A DNA stretch of 64,000 bases. It comes from Tubiluchus corallicola (lineage: Eukaryota > Animalia > Priapulida). The DNA lies in contig JAQGDQ010000074.1 in NCBI GenBank assembly GCA_030141605.1, forward strand, positions 558,001 through 622,000, in the 5' to 3' direction. The notes under the pieces are model-generated. The model saw only the letters and a program-made list of their open reading frames with translations. It did no database searches and was not told the origin of the DNA. Positions 41,416 through 53,400 of this stretch are shown here, piece after piece; positions within the stretch are counted from its first letter, which is position 1, and every line of letters starts with the position of its first letter. Position numbers and translations under genes: made by a program.

Positions 41416-41559
41416 TTTGTACAACATGCACACGCCTCTAGCATTAACTGGTGTAGAAGCTTGTAATAATGCTTGAATTATTTTGCCTGATGTGCAGAAG
41501 CAATAATCCAGAAACCTGCAGGTGTCATGATTCATAACACTTTTTGCTTGCAAACACTT
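41416..41559 (-). CDS. TTI2: TTI2 upstream exon (KCLQAKSVMNHDTCRF...CMLYK)
   Basis: Acceptor ttactag, 48 open codons, phase-0 donor gttcgg (weak), in frame with the main exon; contains an in-frame ATG (MNHD). Confidence 0.55.
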
Positions 41560-41683
41560 CTAGTAATTTGTATTTTTATGATGATATAAACTATAATTAA
41601 AATGGAATGGATAAAAAAACATTACATTCAGTAGCTCTTTGCAATAACTAGTTTATACAATAGACAGACTGTACTGTTACTAC

Positions 41684-41791
41684 CTTCGCATTTGAATAAA
41701 ACGATAAGTACTGTTGTCTGAGTGCACTAACGGGGAAGCAATCACAAGCATGCAGCCGTCATCTTTCTGCAAAATCGACCATCTTCGTCAT
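41684..41791 (-). other. TTI2: TTI2 first exon: leader ORF in frame with the CDS but containing TGA at 41761-41759
   Basis: MTKMVDFAER*RLHACDCFPVSALRQQYLSFYSNAK|gtagta; CpG-rich; GC-box-like GTGGGCGCGG just upstream (about 41820-41829). Confidence 0.5.
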
Positions 41792-43752
41792 GACATCTTC
41801 ATGAGCTTCGCGTTCTTCTCCGCGCCCACACTGTTATTACTATTTACTGCCACTAAAAGACACTATTGACAATCACGTATTTGCTCCTGATATACAAAGG
41901 ATAAATCGCAAATTCCCATTCTTAACTTTTCTTTTGTATTCATTGTTTTGACTCTTCTTCCAAGACTTTTTCAGATCCAATCGCATTTCGATATAAAATT
42001 TTAATTGTAAAAAGCATTTAAATTTTTTCTGTAGTTCAAATGCTGCTTCAGATTTTACTGTGTTTTAACTTAGTGGAACCTTTGTTCTCTGACCTGTATT
42101 TTTACTCACCATTTTACCTTCAATACACCAAAGTACAATTCTCACATTTTTACTGAAAACATTGTGTAGAGAGCTGAATGGTATGGTTCGAAAATCGCTT
42201 TTAAGTACTTACTATGAACAATCAGTGAAAACTCATTTCTTACTCAGTCACGTAGCAATTATATGTGAATTTTTAAAGAAGAATAGATCTTAATAATGTT
42301 CGTACAGATTATGTTGGTGATATGCCCAAGGAATTGTTGACATTAAATTTTAAAGAGCGGGAAATTAGAAATTTTTGATCTGAACACTAGGCTAACAAGT
42401 ACCGAATTAAGATGCAACTGGGTGGATGGTAGGTTCTGTTCTTGATTGGGTAGGCTATATTTGACCAACTTCCAATTGGTGCAGATAGAAATTTGGGAAT
42501 TGCTTGTAATTGTTTTCTAGTAGAGCAGGGTAATTTTAATGCATTATTGTCTGGAATTGGGCTATTATCATATGTTTCTTTCACATGCAGGGCAGATCTA
42601 CAAACACTGATACATTTATGTCAATGTCCGCTTGCGGATGCTATGGCTAGACAAGAGTTTAAAAATAAATTAAAAAATCGAGAGCTGCGGTGCATTTATA
42701 TAGAAAGAGAAGGAGATTTAATTTACTATCTGCTTTGATAAAATTAATATAGTTCAAAATTCTTTTATATTGAAAACCATGCTAAATAAACATAATTATT
42801 AAAAATTTTGATCTTTTTAGCTAATATATTGAACTGCTGGTGGCATCTCGCAGGTACAGAGGCAGAGCAGCCTAATAATGATTTCCACATAACCACAATT
42901 AAACAAAGCTGAATTAAATAATGTTAACTATTTAACTAGAAAAAGATTTAAATATTACAAGGCCTAAACTAACTGTGACAAGATTTTAAACAATATGAAG
43001 AAAAACAGAAGAAAGAAATAAAGTGGAGAGACTGATACCTAATTTGCCATATAGTGGGTAGTAGGAGAGCTCTTAGTCTGATGGAGAAACATAAGCACAA
43101 GAAACGACAACTCTGCACAACCCGATTACCAGTGTAGCTCCAAAGTACAGCAGATTTTCACCCTCTTTTATAACCTTCCCCATACTAGTGTACATGTCAG
43201 AAATAGAGCCAAAATGAAACCATATTGGTTGAAAGCAAAAGGTGTGAAGATTTAACCAATAAGAACCAGAATATTTGTAAACCAATAATTTAGAAGACTT
43301 AGGTTTGAACTACTGGAACTTTTAGGTGTGACATGTAACACTAGATTGGTAACCATGCCATACTTTGGAATAAAGGTGAAGGTTGTGCAGGGTGGCCGCC
43401 CAAGTGCCTGCACTACGCTGTTAACAAGTAAACATATGTAATGATGTAGTAATAATGTTATCATATAAATAATGTCTTGCGCATATTGTTAGAAACTTTT
43501 GCATAACTCACAGTCCTTAAAACAGTTTTGTAAACTTGTATAACAGATACATTATAGTGCACTATTTATTTATATAACCTATTATATTTTGTATATTGAA
43601 TGTCTATGAATATGTGTACCTGCAAATAGAGATAAATAAATGACTTATAATAATAATAATAAAAATTCAATATATGTTGTACAATATTAACTAACGTTTT
43701 TTTACACAATGGAAAGTGCTTACCTAAAATATCCCTACAAAACTGTAGATTT

Positions 43753-43795
43753 TGTATGTATGTGTGTGTGTGTGCGTGCGTGCATGTGTGTGTGT
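43753..43795. repeat. (TG)n / (TGCG)n microsatellite
   Basis: Direct reading of the sequence. Confidence 0.9.
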
Positions 43796-44459
43796 TTTAC
43801 AATAACTTCTTAGTTTGCAGCTATGTCCATAATTCACTATTCTAAGTTTAATTCATGTTTGAATGTATATCTCTTCCTATACTTCTTCACTATTTTTTTA
43901 TACTCTGACACTTTCTTTTTGACAATTTTTTTATTCCGACTTTTCTATTTCTTTTACTTCTTCAAATTCTACTATTATAATACTGTACATACTTACCTAA
44001 TTAACCTAATTAATTTCTTTTGTCCACCTCATGCATAGGTTTTGCTTTCAGTGTCACCATCAATACAATCTAGTCCATCTCTTTTTATTACTAAAGGTAA
44101 TGAACGTCATTAAGTTTTTATAATATAATGTTCCATGTTGGCCACTCATGCATGCTGCTCAATCCAACAGCTTGTAAAGAATTGAACTATTTCTGTACTT
44201 ATATATGCCTATTGAGATTTTTCAATTCTAGCCCTCACCCGATCATCTTCTATACTTCTATATTGCAGGTTTACTAAGGATCTCGATAATTCACATCAAC
44301 CTCAGGCCCTGGCTTAATTTCTAATATCAGTGTAGTATTGAATAATTTCCAACCTTATGTGAGAAATCAATCTGTTTTCTTTTAACATGGTTTTATTACG
44401 CATGTATTTATCACAGTTTTGTTGCTGAAACCTTCTGACGTTTTTCTCAAACATTAAAA

Positions 44460-44657
44460 TCTCAACTTCCTGCGAACCTTAGCTTTTCTGGGGTAAAAGT
44501 CGCGAGTAAAATGAGAAAAGTTGATTAGCTAGCAGACCAGAGAAACCATGAAACGAAGTTGCGTATTTATGCTCACTGCCATTTTGCTTGTCTATTAGTT
44601 GAAATTTATATATTTCGCAGTTTTTGTCATTAGTAATCGTTATTTTAAAGAGATCAG
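44460..44657 (+). promoter_or_regulatory. Putative CNOT2 promoter / non-coding first exon
   Basis: CpG-containing patch with ACTTCCTG (Ets-like) and TCGCGAG; ends in the donor cag|gtaatc at 44657/44658. Confidence 0.4.
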
Positions 44658-45389
44658 GTAATCCAGTGTTATTATATCGCTTATTGGATAGAGGCATTGG
44701 TGGAGTTAATGTTAATATTATTTGTAGGAAGGGCTGAATTTATACTGGAAAGTTTGCGTAGCTCTACACAAATTTAGAATTTTGTAGCAGTACTACTACT
44801 AGGGTTTTGCGCAGGAAGTTGTAACTATTGAAAAACAGAGGCTATTATAAGATAGAGATGTTTAAAGTCTTGCCACATTTTTATTCGATTTTGTGCATTT
44901 AATACAAAAGCAATCGAGGTGAAAAAATTTCATAAATGCGTTGAAGTAAGTCTTAGTTAATAAAAATATTTATCGGAACTGTTCAGTACTGCAGCTGATG
45001 TAAACAAGTTTTACTACCTTTGGCACATAGTTGCTCTCTTCAGGTACATGTTCAGTTGCTCTTTTGCAGTACGCAATATTTTTTCCTATCATAAGCAAAA
45101 TCTGTTCATATGGCTACTTACAGTTTAACAAGTTAGTCATTCTTTCACACAATGCCAACGGGCATGTGGGCAGTGTGTTATGCAATAACTTGTTGTGAGA
45201 TTATGTGGCTATTACCAGTAGGGCTGGCTCTAGGTAGTTTGTCTAGTGCTGCCTCCTTAATGGTCATGCTCTTTCCTCACGGTCTCCACCCTTCCCCAAA
45301 AGTGAATATTTGTTTTATATAATAAAATATGGTGGCACCCATGTTTAGACTTATACATGTACTAATTAGTTTTTACTTGTGTAGCAAAA

Positions 45390-46000
45390 CTCAGATTCGG
45401 GTAGCCTAATCCTGAAACCCGTCGGGTACCCGATTGTGAAATTTCAGTGACGATAAAAAACTGTAGTCATTTATATTCACAAATAAAAACAACCACTGGC
45501 ACATTTTAGCTAACTGCACTGTTATAACAAGCATTCATTTATTACACTCTGAAAGCCTGAACACAAGAGCTGGAAGTCGCGAAATTTAGTGTTTTCCCAC
45601 ACGGGGCATTTGACTGAGTTTTATCATGTGGTCTTACCTGCCAGACCTTAATTACTTCATTGCATGCTTTTTCAATGAGTTAGCCATGTCAGCCTAAGTA
45701 CTATCACATTGAGCACTATTAATATTACAGCATATGGATTAGGGGAATAAAATAATATATGTTATCCTTTTCTGTGCTGTTAAACTTAACAATCCGTTTA
45801 TTTGTATCTTCATTGTGGCCCTGAAATATATTTTTAAAAGTTAAAACAGACAGTGGCATTTAAATTTTAATTCTCTAACAATGGATATCGTATTACAAAT
45901 AATGTCTGCATTTTCATTGTTGGAATCAAGTAGGAATATTGGGCTCGGGTAATAAACAATGCGGCTAATTATTCGTGTACACGGGTACCCAATTGATAGT
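45390..46000. mobile_element. Probable MITE rich in CGGGTACCC motifs
   Basis: cgggtacccga and cgggtacccaa clusters at both ends; a related motif occurs at 52604-52640. Confidence 0.35.
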
Positions 46001-47385
46001 ACTAATTAAGTGTAGTTAATTACTATCTATAGAATTAATCAGCATTGTGTTGATCGAATTTGAAATTGTATTTATGACCCATTATGTGTACTGGGTCTTC
46101 AAAAACAACACAAAATTTCTCCAATGTCTGCTGCGCACTCTTCATGTCCATCAGCCTTTTCATCAGTAAATTTTTGAAATGCTAACTCCTCTAATTGGAT
46201 CTGTTACACTAGTTTTGTCATCTTCACAACCATAATTCTGGTCTGGTTGCAAATACTGATATTCGATATAAATCATTGCCCTCCCAATGTTGGAACTCAT
46301 TACTAACTTCGTCATTTATTATTTAAACTAATTATAATAATTATTAACTATTAAGAACCTGTGCTCTCCTTTTGTGCAGTTCCTTTCTTGTGTACATAGT
46401 TTTATATTCTGTATCTTCTATTTATTTTATATAGTGCATCATATTTTGATTTTAATCTAGAATAAAATAAAATAAACTTCTTTTTGCTGTGTGATGTCCA
46501 CCAGCAACCTTTCGTTTCCTGTATTACACTTCTGAAGGCTTCAGTTCTTACAGGTGCATCTGCCATAATTAAGATTTTCCAGTAAAACTTCTAAATTCAA
46601 AATAGTGGGTGTGAGGTGATCATAACCCTCAAAAGGCAAGTGCTGGTACTACTAGTGTCAAACTGAATTTGTACAAATGCAAATTATGTTAGTGATCACA
46701 GTTTCAGTCAATGAGCAAACTTTGTTAAATAGAATAATGGGCAATATAATAGTTATTTATAATTATTGGATCCAATACGTGTTTTTTCTGTAGCTTAATA
46801 ATTTTTTTTGGAATATTTGTTTCAGTTGTTGTTATTATATAGCAAAATTTTAATGTTATTGCTGATATGTTAATCGACATTTCACATTTCGACTCATCAG
46901 TGAATAAACAGGTGACCACCATGTTCAAAACTCATTCTGGGCCTTTTCATCAGGATGCTAATTCTGGCTGCTTATCTTGCTAAGGAAATATATTTATATG
47001 GATATTGTTGACAGTGGTAACTGAGTGGTGGGCTAAAAATCGTTATTTTTGAAACTGATATGGGTGTTGTCCTTATTATTAATTTTGAAGTGAAGCTCAC
47101 TTATTATTCTACTTTAGGTTGTAGGTTTATTTCCAGAGTAAGAGTTTATTTTATTGTCGAATCGATAACCAGTGTCTAAAATGATATCCCTTCCATGATT
47201 TTTGTTTAATCTGTGACAGTTCTAATCCCAGAATTAGTCTTATTTTTAAATGTGAGTCTACGGTTGTGTGCTATGAAGTATGATGAAAGGGATATTGTGT
47301 AGCTGGACTGTTCAAATTGCACTTTCTCTTTCAGGATTTGATGTCTGTGAGCAAGAGGAGCTGAAAGTTAAACAAAGGTTGAAAA

Positions 47386-47432
47386 ATGGCATTTAATCGA
47401 AATCCACTTGACAGTATGTCAAGTTCTGCACA
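47386..47432 (+). CDS. CNOT2: CNOT2 coding exon 1 (acceptor at 47334)
   Basis: aaaATGG start context; MAFNRNPLDSMSSSA; donor gtaagt, phase 2. Confidence 0.7.
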
Positions 47433-50400
47433 GTAAGTTAACATTAAAATATAAAAATCATTTCTTACCTGATTCCTTATTTTTTTTATTATTCTTGCTA
47501 TAGCTTTACACAAGTCTGACTAGTGATGGGTGATTCTGAGATTTTTTTAGTTTTTTTCTCAACGATTGCAGCAATGTGTAATTATTAAAAATACAACCGT
47601 TTTAGAACAAGTAATGTTTTGGACTTTGAGTGTTGCCCAATGCTCATAAGCATCAATTTTATCATATAATTGAATTATGACATAACATGATAGACCTAAG
47701 TTAAACATTACAAAAAATTTTGAATTCACTAACTTGACACATTACTTGCATGTATGTTAAGAGTTGAAAAAGAGTCGAGTTTACAACTCCGTGGTTCATT
47801 AATGTGTATTATGTAAGGTGAGCAATATAAGAAAAAAATGCAATGTGATGCATAAAGATTCCATTTGTTTATGCTAAAAATTGTGCATCATATTACTATG
47901 TATCATATTAATATTACTATTCAATTGTCAGTTATATCAATTTATATGTAGATGTATTCCCGATTAATCAGCCTTCACTAACTGTCCCGACTTATTAGAA
48001 ACTAAGAACAGTTACTTAATTAAAATAACACTGGTAGTACATGTAATTACAAGTAGTACCAGTAATAATGATTTTGTTGATATATTTACTTGTTCTAGGA
48101 GGTTTGGAATTGGAGACCAATACTGGAGTGCCAATACCCCACAATCGCAATCACAGTTAGTATTTAGACTATGAACTAGTTTCTTAATTTCAATTTTTCT
48201 TAAATTTATATTAATAGTTTAGGTGCTGCAATTTATATGGTTGACAAAAGGCCTGTTTTTAGTGTTATTATTGTTTCACTATCCGGTGACTCTGTATATA
48301 AATTTTGATGATCAGCTTTTTCAGCTTTTACTGACTTATAAGATATTCACTTTTGAACACTTTTGATCAGTGCATACATGTCAGCTGCAGCTGTAAATAT
48401 ATTTCTTGTCTAGTAGTAACATTGATCAACTGCCTTCACTTTCTATTTTACAAAAATTTACTGTTTTTAATAATGCTGTTGCTTGAAAAGTCAAACAGTG
48501 GTCGTTTTTACATGTGGTTTGTTATTAACTACTAATTACCAATGTTTTATTCAAACAAATTTGTTTGTAAATGAGTTTATGAATTTTATTACACTTGTTT
48601 AACAGATTTGGCATGTCTAATTCAAGTGGTAGGAAGTCAGCACCAGATCTGTCACCAGGGCGAACAAATGTCAGTAGTATGAGTGGTTTTCCAAAGGTAA
48701 AAGCAACTATGTTTTTAACCAATGTTAACTTTTATAGAAACTGTATGACAGCCAAGCAAAATTATCACAAAGTGTTACAGAGGCAGAGATTAGTGAAATG
48801 GAACCAAATGTTTTTTGTAAAAGTTATATCCATACTAGGCCAAAATCTTAAAATCCGTAATGTCACTATTTTCAAAATACACTGCACGCACTCTAACATT
48901 CGAGTGCTGTAAAGATGAGCAGCTTGATACATTGAATTTAGTATTAATAAAATATGTTGCATACAGTTGCATGATTTGGACTTCAAATTGACAGAGTTTT
49001 GATTTTGGTAAACAAGAATTTCATCATTTGGGGTGACTGGTTAGATGACCTGAATTAGTCAGGTCCACTAAAACAGCTTCAGAGTGTTGGAAGTACAAAA
49101 TATGAGTTGTTACATGCAAAGAATTTCCAAAGCTGTTACTGTACACCAACTTCAGTCAGTCTTTGTTATAAATTTTTGATGTGTGTACAATTATAACATC
49201 CATTGTAATAATGTATGAAGAAATTTTTATTTCTCAACAATAGAAATCGCATTTCATGATCCATCATCATTCCGTAATCTTAAGGATTTAACATATTTAC
49301 TTACAAATCTGCGATTCTGTGGTAAAGTTTCTCATTAACTTAAGTTTCGTATTTGAATATAAAGTACTTGCACTAGCCCTTCGGAAACAGTGACCCAGTA
49401 GAATCTGATAATGTACTTTTTGCACAAATTACTATTAGATGTTCAAAGTGCTTTGCTGTCTACTCCCTAATGAAATTCCTTAATTATTAAATCAATCAGG
49501 CAAATAGTTATTAATGCTTGTGTGATATGTAAAAAGAACAATTTCATGTTAATTTGTATTGAATTTCGTAATTTTCATCACTCTCATTTACTGGAAAATA
49601 CTTAAATACTACTAATGCTCTTTTTCTGGTTAGATATTTCCTGAAGATCAATTACCTGGTTCACAGGTTATTTTTCCACGGCCAAGGTCAAAAGATGGCA
49701 CATTCAAGGTATTCACTAATCAGTTTTTCTTTTGTCTGGCTAAAACATTGAATTTCAAATCAATAACACACTGATAAGTTTTGTATAACTTTGTCGTGGC
49801 ATTCTATTTCTACCATTGTGTTTGACGTTTTTTCTTGTTAGATGTATATTTTCGTGATGTATAATTGTAATTTTTCTCCTATAATTTTCTCCTAGTAATC
49901 TCATATAAAATGTCTCTATTAATTTCTGTTAAGTGGTGACTGTTGAGTTATAGAAAATTTGTATTTTTTTGGAAATTGCTATTACAAAACATTAAACTTA
50001 CTTTTGTGAATTAAGTTATTATTACTGTGTATAGCAATTCATTAAATATCATTTTCTGCAGAGCTATCTATATGGTGGCGATGATGATGATAATGAAGCT
50101 AGCATGTACTTTAATACCTGGCATCGACAAGAGAAGGATCCCTTGACGTCTCCTTCGCCTAATCAGTTATCTGGCTTTGGCTCAAGCCTAATCGGTAATA
50201 ACTCCTGAATGCTCATTTTTTACACGTAATGTTACACATAGAGTTTTATGGAAAAAATTAGCTGAAGTGATATTTATTTGGTCACAGTTTTCAAACTGTT
50301 GTTTAATAAATAACACTTCAGGTTGTTATTTTTTGCTTGGTATCAAAATATAACTTTTTATTTGTTAATATATATGAATACTAGAAGCTTGGAATTACCT

Positions 50401-53400
50401 AGCACTATGAGCCCTATGTTGCCTATGATACATTAACAATTTTAATCTTGTTCAGCAAAAACTAGTATACTCCGCCTAATGCCAGACTTTGTAAATTTTT
50501 AGAAACATTGTGTTATTGCATAGTTTATTACACAGCTTTCTTTACTGACAACATTAGTCAATATGTTTTAAGAAATTTACGATAGTGATGTATGTGTATA
50601 AACATCTGATAGTGGCAGGCATTAGACATCTTATTGGTGGTGTATTTTTTTATTGCAACTCTAGGAAACATGTCACAACTACAGCAAAGAGGACTGCAGC
50701 AACAGTTCAACAGAAGTACAAGTGTACCTGGTCATATTACGCCTACCAGTATTTCAACAGCTGGTCTTTTGTCTGGGATACCGGCACAACAAGCATCACC
50801 AAATAGGTATATCCTAAAATCTAAAACTAGGTGTAAATTTCCTGTTCACTTAGTTCTGTACTTTTGTCTCTTAGATTTGCAGCATGTTTCGTGATGTGCT
50901 TCGTATTTCTTTTTGTTATTAACATAATGTCTACATGTTTGTGCAATCTCAAACATCTCTGTAGAGTTTAAATAATCTCTGCTGTAGACATGCTTTATGT
51001 TGTCTAGTAGATAACCACATATAACCATTGATTTCATATTAATTTTTCTGTAATTACCATGAGCAGTGTATTTCTTTTCTTGTCTGCTGAGTGTCTTGGT
51101 TCCAATGCACACATTTTTTTCTCATGACCAATTAAATATAATTTTTGTTCATGCTAACTCGTAATCTATTGATTAGTGCTGCTTTTTAGGTATAAGTTCT
51201 TTTTTTTCTAAAGAAGCATGCTGGTCACCAAATAAACATTCTTTTGTTTGTTTATTGATTATAGGATTGCATACTAAAGTTAATATAAAAATAAAGGCTT
51301 GCACCATTCTTATTCAAGTAAAGTATATTCAAAATGTTTTTTGCTTTTTTGAAGACACGATGTATATATTTTCAGAAACATGTTCGCACCCGTGTCTCGG
51401 TCCAGCTTTTCTCAAGCCCAAGTCGCGCCCCCTATGGGTAGCTTACATGCCCAGAAAAGTAAAAGTCCCGCATTCCAACTACTTAGTTCCTCATCAGCAA
51501 CATCTACAAGTGGTTTGACTCCATCAATGGCTGCTTTTGGATTTAGTTCTAGTATGTCTAGGGCATTTTCATCACAACCAAGTGCGATATTTTCATCTAC
51601 AGGTATTTTATACCAAACAAGTTATTTTGAATACGTAAACAAATATAACTGACAAGAAAAATATGAGTTTACTTTAAAGGAATGATACACATTTATGGTT
51701 TTATTGTGAAGCATCCAGTAAGCATTGGGAAACCAGAAAATCCACAGAAAACCCTGAATATTTTGTCAAAATAAACAACGATTTCTTTGTACACAGTATA
51801 AATAATTGTGCATTCATAACAAGCATTTGTTTTATATTCCATGCTTTTTTCACACAAAAATTGAAACTACCTATTAACAAATATAATAAACTATAAGTAT
51901 AATCATTTTTAGGTAACGAAAGTGGTACATCTGGTTTAGATTTGTCTGAGTTTCCCAGCTTGAAAGCAGGTGGAAGTTCAACAGGAACGCCTCCAATTCC
52001 AACAAATCCCATGACTGGCAGGCCTGCTTATGGTATGCTGTCATTACATTGCAGCACATTATGTCATTGCAGTGAAGCTTATAATGCTAACTTACTGCAA
52101 TTAAACAGCCTTTGTATAATGTTGAGCATTGTACCATATACTAGTGCAACACCGTGTTTTTTCGAAAATGCAGTATAATTCTAAAGGTACCCTTGAATTT
52201 GAATAAATTTTTGGATGTAGTTTTTACCATATTGTCATTAGCCATCACTTTTTTCCTTAGCAATATGGAATTATTTCCATTGAAACATTGGCATATTTTG
52301 GCATTTTAATTGCAGCTTTTTAAATTCAAACTGGTATCCTAATATTTTAACTTGATGATCAACAGTTTTTGTATGTTTGAAGATGACGATTTTGTTTCTG
52401 TGCTGTTACTTATATAATTAACCTGTTGACACTAACGAAAATTAAAACTTTAATTAAATTCGATTTTTATTTTTATTGAACTTATCGCTATGCTCAGTGT
52501 AGAATGAGGTGCGTCATTTTTAATAGCTGGTCCAGCTTCTCTATGAAGTTGATTCACTTTTATTTTGTTAGAAATATTGAGGGCTGGATAAGCTATTACA
52601 AGTTGAGTACCCTTAGTACCCAACTCGGGTACTAAGTCCGATACTTTGAGAACATAACACTAAGTTTATGTTCAGATACAGAAATGCTTCTCTGGAGGTA
52701 TATCAATATTTCTCTATTAACTGCCTACAATTTTGTTTATCTTTTGCAGTTGGGATGGTGAAACAGCCACAGTCTGAGCAGCAGCAAGAATTTCAGATAC
52801 AAGCTGAAGACTTTCCAGCACTACCAGGCAGCACCCAAGGTATTGCATAATATGTGACTTCAGCTTTACCTTGATTAATTAAATGTCTTCTAAATATAAA
52901 TTGAAAGATGACAAAAGGCTATACAACTTTTCTGTTTGTTTGATACACAATACTGTCAAACTGCTTATTATTAGATTGTTCCTTATGGTTTGTATTTTGG
53001 ATACCTTGATTTTCTACTAGTAATTTACTTTTGATACAGTTTCAGAACATGGTCGAGATAGTGCTGATCCAACAAAAAGTGTAAGTATATATTTTTGTAG
53101 TCTTTACAACATTTAGTATTAGTCTAATAATTTTTTTAATTTATTGTTTTAGGCCTCTGTTGGTCGGCATATTTTTTGGCTTTTTAATAGAAGAACATAC
53201 ATATGTACCCCTGAGTTAAATAAAAAACTTACACTGTAAATCTGTTTTGAACATGAGTGTTACAATTTCAGAGTCAAATGTGCATATTAAGATTGAAGGT
53301 TTGTGTCTAGTGCTGACCCTGATCCCATAGAATGCATGATCTATTGTAAAAAGTTTAATATTTCCAGAGAATTATTTATTATAATGTATGCCACAAATTT

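Noticed and set aside
46860-46905. Hammerhead-like CTGATGA-gtc-GAAA on the minus strand (a similar match near 9400)
   Set aside because: Stem II too short and stem I cannot form
50807-50820. gtatatcct as a U12-type donor in CNOT2 (also ATATCCTT on the minus strand at 3999)
   Set aside because: Not RTATCCTT at the exon boundary and no TCCTTAAC branch site; the U2 GT-AG reading fits
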